From: Mayamaea pseudoterrestris
Taxonomy: Eukaryota
Assembly (NCBI GenBank): GCA_027923505.1
Contig: BROI01000014.1
Location: forward strand, 806,001-870,000
Length of the DNA stretch: 64,000 nucleotides
Direction of reading: 5' to 3'
Below, piece after piece: positions 25,274-38,943 of this stretch. A program made the position numbers and the translations under genes. Position 1 is the stretch's first letter; each line of letters starts with the position of its first letter. The notes under the pieces are model-generated. The model was not told where the DNA came from. It did no database searches and saw only the letters and a list, made by a program, of their open reading frames with translations.

Positions 25274-25412
25274 TGTACGTACAAGATTATGATATTAGCG
25301 TTAAAATAAAACATCATAAGTTAGGAGACCTGTAATGGTTGTTGATACGGACACGAGTTAACTTGGTCGCATGCTTGAGGAGTAATGTTTAAAGATTGGG
25401 CGCTCCTCATAC

Positions 25413-26187
25413 TCAAGGTTCCTTCCTCCAGTCTTCATTGTCCCAAACTGGATGTGTCAAAATGTATTTTATGAGACTAGTGCCTCTCAATGCACTGGTG
25501 AGCGGCAAGTGTCCTTCGGGTGCCTTTTTCACGTCATAAATGAACTCCGAAGCGCCAAACCAACGCTTTTTCCGCTCCGTTTCTCCGTCCTTTGTTGTCC
25601 AGCCAATCTTTCGGCAAAATACTTCAAAGTCGCCCTTGCTCTGCTTCCACTTTTTCTTTTGCACACTGTATCCGAACTTGCCATTCGAGAATTTGGTCCA
25701 TAGTCGTTCAATGGTGGCAAGGTCAGTGTTGGGAATGTTCTTCACGTCGGTAAAGTAAACAAAGTCGCGTCCCTTTGCCTTTGCCCCTGAGATTCTAATG
25801 AGAGCATCTCGCGTGAACTGCATCAAGCATTGAAGTAGTGTTAGCATACAATGCTCAGCTGTAAATTTCTGTCGCAGCGCCACACTTTTCTCATTCTGCA
25901 ACAAGCAGACATACCTGATCTGCCTCTGCTAGTTGTCCAGTCGCAAGCATGGTAGCTAATGGAACGTAGTCGACTCCCATTTCGCTGGGCAAATTGGTGG
26001 GAATCTCAATCTCGGCGACATCCGACGCATCGCTCGTTGATGGAGGAACGCCGGCTTCTGCCATGGTGGACATTTTCGAAACAATTAAGCCATTTCGTCG
26101 TGCATTTCGAGAGAGAATCGCAGGAGATGTAAATGCATTGGCCAAGCCAATTGAAGCGAGCACCAATATTGCTAGCTTCATGGTCAT
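25413..26187 (-). CDS. GUN4: GUN4 tetrapyrrole-binding Mg-chelatase cofactor (exons 26187-25915, 25817-25413)
   Basis: Motifs GVDYVPL..L..G....ADQFTR, VYFTDV..IP..DL.TI..LW...S.GKFGYSVQ and APEGHLPLT; leader ANA-FTS. Confidence 0.93.
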
Positions 26188-26465
26188 GTAGATAGGAAGG
26201 GAGGAAGGTGTTGATGGAACGAGCAAGGACGAAAGCTCATCGAACGCGTGATCCGGAAATGCAACTTCAACATGGAATCTGGAATCTTGAAAGTCGAAAA
26301 TCATTGTCAACGACGGACAGACGGATCTTTCACGCAACGTTGCGCTCGACCATGGACGGAGATCCAAGCAAAGAATGAGGCCCTGTTTTGCAAAGAAGAC
26401 CCGACTTTTGTTGTACATTAGTTGACAATTGAAAGCAAACTGACAAATAGTCTCAATCTACCAAT

Positions 26466-27485
26466 ATGTCAACTACAAACGATGCTCCTCCCGCACGCGA
26501 AGAGTCGGATGTCTACGACCGTCAGATCCGTCTCTGGGGCCGCGACGCCCAGCAAAAGATGAGTCAAACCCGCGTCCTTTACATTCACATGACTGGAGTT
26601 TCCTGCGAAGTCGTCAAGAATCTTGCGCTAGCAGGTGTCAAGGTGTCGCTTTGCGACAATCGGTCGTATCCAAACGCCATGGCAGCTACGCCATGCTTTT
26701 TGCTGCAGGGTCAGCAACCTGCGGAAAGCATTGAAGAGCCGGACAGCAAAAAGGCAAAGCATGAACCGCAGACTGTCGCGCAGGCCATGAAGCCACTGAT
26801 TGAGGAGTTGAATCCATTGTTGGGAGATTGTGAGATTGTTGATTACAAGGATTTGAACGAACATACATTATCGCGCTACGGCATTGTCATTGCATCTCGC
26901 ATGGAAAATATGCAGGACGCATGTCGAATTGCCGAGCAGACAACTTCTGCTGGTGGGAAGTTCTTCATGGCAGACTGCTTTGGCATGAGTGGAGCTTGCA
27001 TTATAGATTTGGGCGCAAACCATCGGTACCGACCTGAAAAGGGCAAGGAGTTGCTTGACGAAGTGGAGCTGAAGAATCACGTTTCGTTTCAAACCATCAT
27101 TGACGGCGTCAAGCTTCAAGACGCGACAAACCGCTTCCACAAGCAGCCACCGGATGTTTGGATCAAGTATCGATCCATATTGGAGTATGCCAAGCAGACT
27201 GGAGCATATCCAAGCGATCCTACTGAGTTTGCGGAAAGTACTACCTCATGGATTGAAACGAATAGTCCTGCCTTGGCGAGCCATGAGCTGGTTAGTAACG
27301 AGTCATTGTCGGAGCTTGCCAAGGTTGCTCAAGCAGACGTTGCTCCAGTGTGCGCTGTCTTGGGCGGTTTGATTGGAAACGAAATCATCAAGGCAATTAG
27401 TGGAAAGGGAGAACCTGTCAACAACACTTTGTTGTTTGACGGCGCGACAGGCAAGGCCTTTAGCTTTCTAGTTCAACCCAAGTAA
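26466..27485 (+). CDS. SAE1: SUMO-activating enzyme subunit 1 (Aos1)
   Basis: Motifs YDRQIRLWG, EVVKNLALAGV, ELNP and APVCAVLGGLIGNEIIKAISGK; 339 aa. Confidence 0.88.
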   Translation: MSTTNDAPPAREESDVYDRQIRLWGRDAQQKMSQTRVLYIHMTGVSCEVVKNLALAGVKVSLCDNRSYPNAMAATPCFLLQGQQPAESIEEPDSKKAKHEPQTVAQAMKPLIEELNPLLGDCEIVDYKDLNEHTLSRYGIVIASRMENMQDACRIAEQTTSAGGKFFMADCFGMSGACIIDLGANHRYRPEKGKELLDEVELKNHVSFQTIIDGVKLQDATNRFHKQPPDVWIKYRSILEYAKQTGAYPSDPTEFAESTTSWIETNSPALASHELVSNESLSELAKVAQADVAPVCAVLGGLIGNEIIKAISGKGEPVNNTLLFDGATGKAFSFLVQPK

Positions 27486-27546
27486 CGTATAAAAACTATA
27501 GTAAGGAGTCATACATATTCTCTTATTGTAACCTTGCTTAATAGAA

Positions 27547-29442
27547 TTATCCAATCGGCAACGATTCACCTGCAAGCTTCAAAGGCAAGCCGAATACGCC
27601 AATTGCGCTCGTCGAGTTGAGAGCAAGAGGTTTCTTCTTTTCGGGAGCAACCACAGAGACGAAGAGTGCCATTTCGCGGAGACAAATGTCCTCGACAAGC
27701 TCCTTCAATATTTCGAAGCGTTTTTCTCGGTCGGCCGAGATCATTTCGACTCGCTGGCGCACTACTTCAAGTGAATCTGCCGGCGCCATTGATAGTGACA
27801 TTTGCATCTCGGCGATTCGCAGTTGCTCGGCCAGGAGGTGAAAATCCGTCGCTCCGATAATCTCATGCTGCCGCTGCACCATAGAATACCAATCTTGGAA
27901 GCGACACTTGAACAATTCATCGTCAAACTCGGTGCAACTCTTGTAGACGGAACTAGGCAGATCCAATTCCGTTCGCCTTTGCTCTGTGCGAAAGGCATGG
28001 CGCGTTTCGCACAGCCGACCGAGTACGCTGAGATCATTTACAAGTGCATCAATTCGATAATGAACCTCATTGTCGGCATCAAGTTTATCAAGCCTAATTC
28101 CAGCCTCCTCGTCGCGGGGAACGCCTTGTAGATCAAGCAATAGCGGTCGAATCCCGGTTGTCGTCTCCACGCTAGCCTTGCGACAAAGGAGACCCTTTAG
28201 ACGGCGAAGCAATTCATGGTAATCCTGCAGCTCGTCCTCATTTATTATTCCTGGAATAGCTTTTAGTCGAGCTCGCTTGTGTTCTAAGAAGCGAGCCAAC
28301 TCGCAAAAGCCGAAAAGCTGCTTTGCCATGTCAATCTCGAACTCCTCGCAACGTTGCTCCAACGACAGCGCTTCCACAAGGTCAGGGTTTCCCAGCTCCT
28401 CCGTTAGCTGCTCCTTCGCAGCAGCCCGGCGCTTCATAGTCTTGGATCGAGAGAGTCCAATGTACTCTTGCACGAGGTCAACGCTTGGCGCCCGCAGCAC
28501 TGACTGATGGCCTTCCAAAAAAGCTCGAAACGGCGCCCGGTACTCGCACTTGACCAAATACAGTCGCTTTAGCACGACAGAGTCAGCTTCAATGGCCGTC
28601 CGAAATTGCAGTAAGCGAGACGGGACGTCATACTGAACTAATTGCACTAAAACTGACGCTTGTCGTTCAATCGATGCAGCGAGATGCACTCGACTCAAGT
28701 CGTCAACTGACAATGACAAGTTACCATCCGTAAGTTCAACGCAAAACGGATGCTTCAAGAGGTTGCGCAGCAAGCGATGGGAATTGTTGAGAACGTGATC
28801 CTCCGCCCAGACAAAGTCGGGAAGGTGCAGGCGAGGCGACTCCCAACAATCACGGGGCCGCTGCTGTATCGGACGCCTTCTGGCTGTATCCAAGGACGAG
28901 TCCTGCAATGAAGCCGCGGTAGCATTAATTTGCTGCCCAGACATGCTTGTTGTGGAAAAAGATGCGCTGTTGTGTTCGAATGGATCCGTGAGATTAGCCG
29001 ACTGCGCTAGCTTGTCCGTCGAAAGCTTTTCAATCGCGTCGCATGCTGCATCCAAGCAGGCTCGGGCAAAGCTTTCCAACTGCTGGCTTCGAGCAGACAT
29101 GGCCAAATCCGAGTCTCCGCTGTAACGAAGCTCTTGTAAAACTTGAATGGCTTGACGCTTCACATCAAGAAAGGCAGCTGTGCGCGAGCAAGCGTGACGT
29201 TAGACTTGCACCGTTGTCAAAAATCATATACGAATTTACTCCACAAAGTTTGAACACTTACCTAGCAATGCATGCCCCGAAGTGATGGTGCCACTGAGTT
29301 CGCCTTCCACGGCTCTATAGAGACCTACATCAAGCAGCGTCATTAATCCTGGAACGGCTTCAATCTGCAATGGGTTTTCCTGCGATCCTGGAGGCTGGCC
29401 TGACCCGAACTTGTAAATGAATGCCTTTAATGACGATAACAT
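27547..29442 (-). CDS. Hypothetical helical/coiled-coil protein (exons 29442-29262, 29177-27547)
   Basis: 538-aa ORF joined in frame to an upstream exon through a GTAAGT...CAG intron. No recognised domain. Confidence 0.7.
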
Positions 29443-29601
29443 AATACTGCAAGCTCAGACTACTTCGAAAGTATCAGGTAAACCAACGAAGGATCGTTTT
29501 GCGGCGGCATCATTTGACATGGTCGACCTCATCAATCTCGACAACAACGGTGCGACATTGACTTGTCACGCGATTTTTCTCGCAACTTTCCACTTTCCAT
29601 C

Positions 29602-30181
29602 ATGGCGAACGTTGTAGCCGCTACAATCGAGTACTTTCGACCCAGCACTCTGGAAGTAAAGGAGATTGACGCCTCCATTCACCCCTACTTCTGGATGCTG
29701 TCCATTCCGTTTCATTGCTGTCTATATCCGTATCGAACAAGTAAGTTTCAACAAAGCGTAACAGATTTCAAGTTATTTTGATTTCCTTGTATCTCATTCT
29801 TTCATGTGCATACCACCGCTGCTTTCAGTCATCAATTTGGAAAAGGATCAGATTGTCCGAAGCGATGAAAGTCTTTGCGGAAAGACCGTGTCGTATCGAC
29901 CATACAGTTCCATTGGTATGGTGCAGCAAGGCAGCTGCTTTTGCTTGCAGTGCGTCGACTCGAATTTAGGCCCGCTTATGGTTGGCTGGGGATGCGACGA
30001 TGAATGGACGAAAGAAACAGTGACAGAGTTAAAGGTTAGAGGGGATGCATATTCGGACCGCAATCAGATTCAGTTGACGGATGAAGTTGCGCACAGAACA
30101 ACACGAGTATTCGAAAAGATGCAGGCCATTGAGCAGCACTTGGAGGCGCATCCGCAAGTATTAACGATTACTGAAAGGTGA
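29602..30181 (+). CDS. Small Cys-containing hypothetical protein (exons 29602-29740, 29829-30181)
   Basis: A GTAAGT...TTTCAG intron joins MANVVAATIEY...FHCCLYPYRT to IINLEKD...GSCFCLQCVDSNLGPLMVGWGC in frame. Confidence 0.7.
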
Positions 30182-30370
30182 CACTAAAGTTCTTTCATAA
30201 AAAGGTAACTTTAATCAATTTTAACAACGCCGAATCAGCCACTTACCCAGTAGGTAGCAGCGATGTAGTGGGCTCCAAGAGTCAGCCATAACATGCAAAT
30301 GGTCCCGAACCAAAGGAAACACTAAAGTAAAACGCAACTCGAGATTTGTACAATGTCGTTTGTGATGTTC

Positions 30371-32077
30371 CTAACCGGACGTGAAGGCCGGCTGGGTATT
30401 CAGAGCCTGCTGACCCTTGTCCGAACCACTGGGCGCGTTGATAGCGTCGTATGACACTGGAACTGGTCCGGAGGTGTCGAACGGCGACGTTGGATTCTTG
30501 ACAAGAGTGACGCAAAAGCACTTTGCAATGCTATCCTCTCCCTTGACGAGCGACATGGCAATACCAAGATCGGTTCGTTGCTTCATGACGCCGCGAAGCA
30601 CAATCGTCTTGGCAGCATCGCCCGCATTCAGCGGAGGCGAGATCATTTGACTAATCAAATCAAAAGCTTCGCGCAAATTCTGCCTTGCCGTCAGATTGAA
30701 AATCGTCAACGCGCACAACTCTTGCTTCGAGTATCCCGACAGGTCGCAAAAGAGTTGGTTGCAATCAATAAACGCCCCGCCCATGGATGCGACAGCCATG
30801 CCGACACCGCAGGAATTGAAAATAAAGCGGTAGTCATGTGGTTCCACATTGTTGGCGGCACTTCCAGTGTCCTCTTGGCTTGATGCCACGCTTGCAACGT
30901 CGGTGTTCACAGGATTGCCGTAAATCGACATGGCAGTCCGAGGAGGAACGCCTCCAAAGTTGCCAAGTGACCAGACTCCATTCTGTGCCGCCACATGCCG
31001 GATTGCCGTGGCAGCTTGCGGGCCCTGTGCACCACCACCAATGAGCTGCATCTGCTGTATAAGCTGGTGGCGATCACTATAATAAAGCATGAAAAATTGT
31101 GTGTGAGGTTTTGCAATACTCAACAATTAAATCAAATCCGACTGCACTTACATTTCGGATCGATATTGATGCTGCTGAAGCATGCGTATGTAGTTCGCGG
31201 CCTCTGTCAGCACCGAACTTTTTGTTCCCTTAGCGACAATTACTCCGCCCGCTGACAAAAGATCACGCAGCTCGTTGATCTGCTTCGAGATGCGAAAGCT
31301 CCTCTCCTTCTCCCGAGCGTTACGCTCCTCGCGCTTCTTGGTCGGTACAGCCTTTTTCTTGCCCCCTTCACCCGATGTCACCTTTGATGGATTCTTCGAG
31401 CTGGCTTGACTGCTATTATCGCTGTCGTAACCTTCGCCTTCCTTGCCATCATTTGAGGCGTCGTCTTCATCATCCTGTGCCTTGCGTTTACGTGACGACG
31501 AGTCTCGTCCAGTGCTCTTGTGCTTGGCAGCGCATTCTGCGGCAATCGACTTGAGATTGGCAGCAGCATTCGCGGCGGCTGCATGGTGCTCGGCTGCTGT
31601 GGTATTGAAGCTATTGCCACCGTCGCTTGAGCCACCAGATGGACCGCTGAATGTTAGATCCGAAGTAGAGGACTCTGCCTTTCCGCCCCTTTCCGATTCT
31701 GTAACGCTCGCAGGCTCAATCGAGTTCATTGAGCTGGTCTGCTTACTTCTCAGAAACGACTTCTTATCGTTCGCAGTCGTCGCCGTTTGATCCAATGGAG
31801 GACCGCCATCGCTATCGGAGCTATTTTCGTTCTGCTCTGAATTGGGCGGTGTCGAGTTACCTTCGGCACTATCAAAGTCGAACCCAAAGTTTCCAAATCC
31901 AACCAAGGCTGAAGTATCTGACTGGTTGCCTCCATTCGAACTTCCGCTATCACTGGGCGGCTTGGCAAGCATGGAGCTCTTTATCATGTTGAGAGAAAGC
32001 GGCGCTCCCGGTTCTCCAATTTTGGAAGCCACCTGGGGCTTGTTCTCGTTGCTTTTATTTGTTGTTGCTGGTGCCAT
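30371..32077 (-). CDS. bHLH-PAS transcription factor, diatom bHLH1a/RITMO1-bHLH1b class (exons 32077-31152, 31076-30371)
   Basis: bHLH KREERNAREKERSFRISKQINELRDLL...KSSVLTEAANYIRMLQ, then one PAS domain YRFIFNSCGVGMAVASMGGAFIDCNQLFCDLSGYSKQEL. Confidence 0.88.
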
Positions 32078-32805
32078 CTTGCTTTGTTCCAAGTCGTGCT
32101 GCTTAACAATCGAGGTTGTTTGTGTCGTTTATCGCTGTGTGGAATTCCAAGCTGATGCCTTGAAGTTCAGCTTGCTACGTCATATTTGGAAAACGAAGGC
32201 GTTGTCAGAGATTTCGAGCGTTTTGATTGGCTCATGAAAGCGCGATCAGGAAGCATACAGAACGCGACTGACGACGGACAGACACCCGAGGTCCGAGGCG
32301 CTGCATGGGTTGCCGCACCAACAGCCATGATACAAACATCAATCTTACCTTGCTATATTCGGTTTCTTTTTTCGTTATTAGTTAGCAGTAAGACAATGCT
32401 CTATTGTTGGTTGTAGTGCGATGCTTCTCGTACCCGTGAGCGCTGCGCGGTGGTCTGCTGTGTCTATTAATCGATCTCGAGTGCGTTGTCCTTTGCGTTT
32501 CGGTTTTGTGCGCAACGTGAAGTGATTGCGTCCACGTCATTTTGTATTCATCATGTATTTAAACGTCTCATAAGTAAATGATGCCACGTCGACGTTCTAA
32601 AACGTATCAATTCCTCCGAATGCATCGTGAATATAGGTACGTACTTGTCCGTCACCTCATCGGAGTTCATCCATCGCCAGTGACGCTACGACTCAAAAAA
32701 CCGGGTTCGAAAAGGAAATCCGTTGCGATGTCGCTTCGCCGCTGCCATCTCGCCAAGGACACAACACGATAAAACAAGCTCATCCTTCATCATCATACAT
32801 TCACA

Positions 32806-34155
32806 ATGGCGACTGCTTCAGCAAGCGTAGCGACAAAAACTCGCAGTCGGCGCAATAAGGGAGTGAAGGATGTAGTTGTAGCAAAAGAGCAAAATACAAA
32901 TGATGATGTCAAGGATACACTCGCCGACGAGCATCTGCCTCCACTCTTTCTGGTCGGAGTGGTGCTCATGTGCTCCGGAGCGCTCTTTGTTTTGGCCATG
33001 AGGGATTTCTTTTCTACTGGCAAAGTTATTGCTGGAGCTTGGGATGAGGCCATGATGGTACGGATCCAGATGACGTCCTGCTTGCTGCCAATGAACGACA
33101 TGAAAGCTCATTTTTATTTTGAAATCGTCTCCATTCTTTGACAACAGGATTTCACTAAATCTCGTCAGTGGTTTGAGGACGGAAAAGGCTGGAAGTCGAC
33201 TCAAGGTGGATTTAGTGCGATCAAGCAGGTTACAACGGATCAAAACAACATGGGAGGCTTCTTCATTCGCAAGCTGGGTGGTGTGGCTGCCCTCGGTGTC
33301 CACTTGCAAAAGCTTGCTCCTCTTCTCTTTCACTTTTCGGGTGCTCAGTGGAACTTGGGCCATTACCGTCCTATTTTGATGCTTGGTTTGGTTGCAAACA
33401 TTGTCATTTCAGGATTCCTTGCGTCCTACATGGAGGATATGGCTGCGGCAGGTGCGACTGATCTCCCAATGTTTTCCATTGGGCTACTCGCCATTGAAAG
33501 CATTGTCTTTATGTACTATCTTTTACAAACGCGCAACGCCCAGAGAGGACCAGCTATTGCCATGACGGAAGGCAAGACACCTTCATCTACTTCAAGCAAA
33601 ATTGTCGCTCGAACATTAATGATGGTGTCGGGTGTGGTTGCGCTTGTTTCCGCTCGAGACTTCTTCCTTCCAGGAGCAATCATGGACTTTATTCCTCGCG
33701 ACGACATTTACCTCGAGTGGACCAATGCGCTCATTCATTCGCCCCAAGATGGTACAATCGAGTCGGTTGACCATGGGTTGGAAGCTGCTTTTTATACTGG
33801 CGACAAGTTTTCGTCGCAGTACACGGCTTTGCATATCCTTCTCTTGTGCATGTTCAAGTTTGCCACTGCAGTCGCTATCAAGTATGGAAGCGACGGAAGC
33901 GGCTTGATCAAGTGCAAAATGATTTGGGCAGTTCAATTCCTGGCCGATGCTGGAATCCTTTTTGTCTTTCGACTCTTTGCCGGTGCTGCTAGCTCGGCGA
34001 GTCTTGACTTACGCTGGCATTTAATGTGCCTCTCGTACGAAACAATCATTCTTGGTAAGTCAAAGCATTGCGCATGAATGACTCGTTTGAAATGTCATGT
34101 TCTGACCGGCGATTTGTTTTAATTCACCCTTGCAGGTCTTTATACGTACGCGTAG
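32806..34155 (+). CDS. Multi-pass membrane hypothetical protein (exons 32806-33057, 33148-34054, 34136-34155)
   Basis: Canonical introns give one continuous frame with several hydrophobic segments. Confidence 0.7.
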
Positions 34156-34406
34156 TAATATACTCAACGACTCTAGTTAAATGAGACTATGCCGTTATCA
34201 TAATTTGTTTATAGCTACCTTAGTGTCTCTTGCTCTCAAGTTGCATCCTTACTTGTGTTATGTCGTTCAAAGGTTAGCTAGTTGTGAACCTCTGCGACGT
34301 CGTGTGACTTATGCGTCATCGTTGGTCCACTCGTTCCGTTCCATTCACAATTCGAATGAAGCTGCTCTCGTCGTTACTTGCTGCCCAGAGCATCTTTTCA
34401 AGCGAC

Positions 34407-35565
<1,159 letters not shown>

Positions 35566-35938
35566 AAAGGGGGCATCAGGAAGAGGTGCATGTTGTATGT
35601 GTAAGCGATACTTTGTTACGATAACCATATATCATTACACCAATTATACTTTCCCATCATATACTTTACCACTTGTTCCCGCGTGATTTCCATTGTTAGC
35701 AATCGTGGTGAAAGCGTTTTGAAAATTCGCTGCACCCAATGACGAGAAAAAGCGTGACAAGATTTCGGCGAGCGAGCCGAGCTTGAATCTTGCAAAGAAC
35801 AACACTCTGCCTCATCGGATCGTCTTCTCTTCCAATGGAAATTCGCGTTGTTCATGCAGTTTCGAATGAATGCCTTTGCAATATATCGATTGGCCTACTT
35901 CCGGTAGAATAGTTGCAGCCAATTTGTAAAACGAAAGG

Positions 35939-38881
35939 ATGGACTCGCACAGGTTTAATCCCATGGCTGCCGCATTCTTTTCCGCAGCGGCTGCCGCCTT
36001 GCTCGTTTCATCGGCAACTTCCTGCTCCTTTCTGACGGTTCTGGCCTTTCCAGGTCAAGTGTTGATGAATAATGGCAGCAATGTGCAGAATGCGACAATG
36101 GCAAGTCTCGGCATTTTCTGTCCTAGTGATTACTACGACTTGAAGGAGGACGTCATGTTCAAGCTGAGCTACGTTGTCATGTGCTTGTCGCTGGCATTGG
36201 TAATACTTTCCGCCATTTTATCATGCAGCATGGCTACTATTGTTCACCCGACCATGTTGCTTTGGAGGAGTGTCGCGGCACTGTCGGCCGTGGCTGCCGT
36301 CTTTTCCGTTCCAGTCTTTTTGCTCTTTCAAACTCCGCCCTGCGCAAGCTACTTGGGCCAGCAGCAATGTTCCATTAATGAGGGAAGCTTTCTCTTGGTT
36401 GGTGCCATTGTATGCAGCGTGACGGTTACGCTCATTACGCAGTGCCTAGATCCGCCCTTGCGTAGTGTTGTTGATGAAGAAAACGATGGCAGAAGCAAAC
36501 CACGCCACTCGATTCAGTTGGACGATACGCTCGTGACAGACGCCTCTCATTCCACCAATTCACGCCAAAGTCTTGAGCAAAGGCTCAGCCATTCCATATG
36601 CTACGTCAACAGCAAGACGCAGGAGAAGCATTTGCAAGACTCTTCGCAGCACTCATCAACGAGATCAACGCAAATCTTTGGTTGCTTCTTTCCGATATCG
36701 AAGGAGCAGCGAAGCAATGACAAGAGCATGGCAACCAGAGACTCATTGACAATTCTCGGCGGCAGCAAAAAATGGAAGCAGTTGAGCGATGACGAAGATG
36801 ACGACGACGTGGAACGGCAGCAGCGGCAGGCGCAGACGGCGAAGTTAAAAGGCTACAAAGGCTACGGTCAAAAGCAGGAGCAAGCCATACCATGGGACGA
36901 CGAGGCCTATTTTCCGCGCGGGTCGCAAGAGTTTGAGCATGATGACAGGCTCGCCTCCACTTCAGTAATGGCCATATCAGAGAAGGTGCCGCAACAGCCA
37001 TACCAGTATACCAGAAATGCTTCTTTCGATGCTGCGCCGAGCAGAAACTTACCCGACGCTGGTCGCAGCACACGGACAAGTGTATATCCGCCGGTAGAGC
37101 AATTTCGAAACCTCGAATCCATTTTTGAAACTTCCTCAGAAGCCCAAAGTACCACAGAGCAATCATTTTCTGATTGTCACACGCGGCAATCTTTGAGACT
37201 GTATAGCTGGGAGGATGAGGACGATGCAGTGGATCTTACTGGTACGGAGTCGATTCTCGATGGAGTTGGACGTGGTGATGATTCCGTCATTGAGGGATCA
37301 GCCTACTTGGAAAATTGGGCCATGGACGAAATTGTCGTCAAGGTGATCAAGCGGGAAGACAAGATTTGTAACGTTCAAAATGGTTTTCCACCGTTAACGC
37401 AGCAGCAAAGTGAACATGCTTTATTTCGGCTAGCCTTGTCTTTTATGTCACATGCTGATACTGCATCAACCACAGCAACATTGTCTCAGCCACCACGGTT
37501 GTTGAAAAAAGACCCGCCTGTAAGCGAAACAAACGACGAGGCAGTGATTCCAAGGCAAACTTTGACCGACATGTGGCCGCCACCGGTTCGAAGTCGTACC
37601 TCATCTATCGGTAGTCGAAGTCATGTATCAGTTGCAGACAAGTACGGACATCTCATAAGTCAGCTGCGAGAATCTCGTTCAGGTTCATTTGATCCACCGC
37701 CCGTAGACATGGTGACGGTGGACGCATGCCTCGACGAGGATGTCAGTCTCTTTGCCACAGAGACGGTACCCGACCAGAGCAATAATTGGACCGGAGGTTA
37801 TGATGTCAGCTCGCGTCTACCGCCGCCGCCGTCGCATACGAAACGCACTGGGCATTCGGTCGACGCAAGCGAGAGCGAAGATGTTTATTTTTCCGACCCA
37901 GATCTCACGGTTGGCGAATCTACATCAGAACCATCACTAGAATCGCACATGTCGCAGGAAGAATATTCTGAAGTTGTTGTATCAGAAGTTCTCCGGCGAC
38001 AGATGCGGCGGAAGCTGGCAAAGAAGAAGCGGCGAACGCATTCCGCAAACGTGTCAGTTCAATCGGCTCCGTCGCTCCTCAATACTACCATTCATGAAGA
38101 GACTCCTAGTGATGTAGAATCTGAACAAGAGGAGAAGAAGTCGGACGAGCCGTATGATCCGTATGCGTCTATTGGCCTTGAGCGAAGCAGTTCCGTTCCG
38201 GACATGCAGTCATACAGGGGACGATCTGTTGACAGAAGCCACATGCTTGAATTGGTTCACATGAATGGTGTAAATAAATACCATCTCGTAAAAACTTGGC
38301 CCCGTGATGATACTAAACGACGATTTTCGGCGCGAATGGACGATGATAACAAATCTAGCGGAAGCAGCGGCGGCGGAGTTTCAGAGTCAAAATCTACAGA
38401 TACACCAGAAAGAAAGCGGCATCTTTCTCCCATGCCTCTATTTCGAGAGGACAGAATTTTGCGAAAAGATCTACAATCTGTTATTGCCACGTCAAGGAGC
38501 ACCGACGAAACGGTAGAAAACACATCGGACGGCTCAGAACAGCAAAGCCAGCAGCAAAGCCCACAATATGCTCGCCAGATTCGCGTACAGAGGCTTCAGG
38601 ATGCGCGCTTGCGGGCCAGGCATATTGCTTTGCATGAAGTGGAAGGGCCGCCAAAACATTGGTTGCGATCGTCGGATGACACAAATTCAAAGCACATGGA
38701 CCCGTTAGCTGGAGATAACTTGTTGGCTTCACTGTCTCAATCTAGTTTACATGGTTCAAATCATCACTTGCACACGTTGCACCATGAAGCTGAGCCTAAT
38801 AGGTTTTATACTGGGGCTAACGGAAGAAAGGCCGACCCAGATGGAATATTGATGACACCATCCTTCGAAGGCAGCATATAG
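35939..38881 (+). CDS. 980-aa protein with an N-terminal 4-TM (tetraspan/claudin-like topology) module and a long disordered Ser/Asp-rich tail
   Basis: Four hydrophobic segments in roughly the first 170 aa with Cys pairs in the loops; the remainder is low-complexity. Confidence 0.7.
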   Translation: MDSHRFNPMAAAFFSAAAAALLVSSATSCSFLTVLAFPGQVLMNNGSNVQNATMASLGIFCPSDYYDLKEDVMFKLSYVVMCLSLALVILSAILSCSMATIVHPTMLLWRSVAALSAVAAVFSVPVFLLFQTPPCASYLGQQQCSINEGSFLLVGAIVCSVTVTLITQCLDPPLRSVVDEENDGRSKPRHSIQLDDTLVTDASHSTNSRQSLEQRLSHSICYVNSKTQEKHLQDSSQHSSTRSTQIFGCFFPISKEQRSNDKSMATRDSLTILGGSKKWKQLSDDEDDDDVERQQRQAQTAKLKGYKGYGQKQEQAIPWDDEAYFPRGSQEFEHDDRLASTSVMAISEKVPQQPYQYTRNASFDAAPSRNLPDAGRSTRTSVYPPVEQFRNLESIFETSSEAQSTTEQSFSDCHTRQSLRLYSWEDEDDAVDLTGTESILDGVGRGDDSVIEGSAYLENWAMDEIVVKVIKREDKICNVQNGFPPLTQQQSEHALFRLALSFMSHADTASTTATLSQPPRLLKKDPPVSETNDEAVIPRQTLTDMWPPPVRSRTSSIGSRSHVSVADKYGHLISQLRESRSGSFDPPPVDMVTVDACLDEDVSLFATETVPDQSNNWTGGYDVSSRLPPPPSHTKRTGHSVDASESEDVYFSDPDLTVGESTSEPSLESHMSQEEYSEVVVSEVLRRQMRRKLAKKKRRTHSANVSVQSAPSLLNTTIHEETPSDVESEQEEKKSDEPYDPYASIGLERSSSVPDMQSYRGRSVDRSHMLELVHMNGVNKYHLVKTWPRDDTKRRFSARMDDDNKSSGSSGGGVSESKSTDTPERKRHLSPMPLFREDRILRKDLQSVIATSRSTDETVENTSDGSEQQSQQQSPQYARQIRVQRLQDARLRARHIALHEVEGPPKHWLRSSDDTNSKHMDPLAGDNLLASLSQSSLHGSNHHLHTLHHEAEPNRFYTGANGRKADPDGILMTPSFEGSI

Positions 38882-38943
38882 TATAGAATTATATAATAGA
38901 AAAATTCGAAGCAGACTTTAATAACCTTATATTGGAAATTAGT

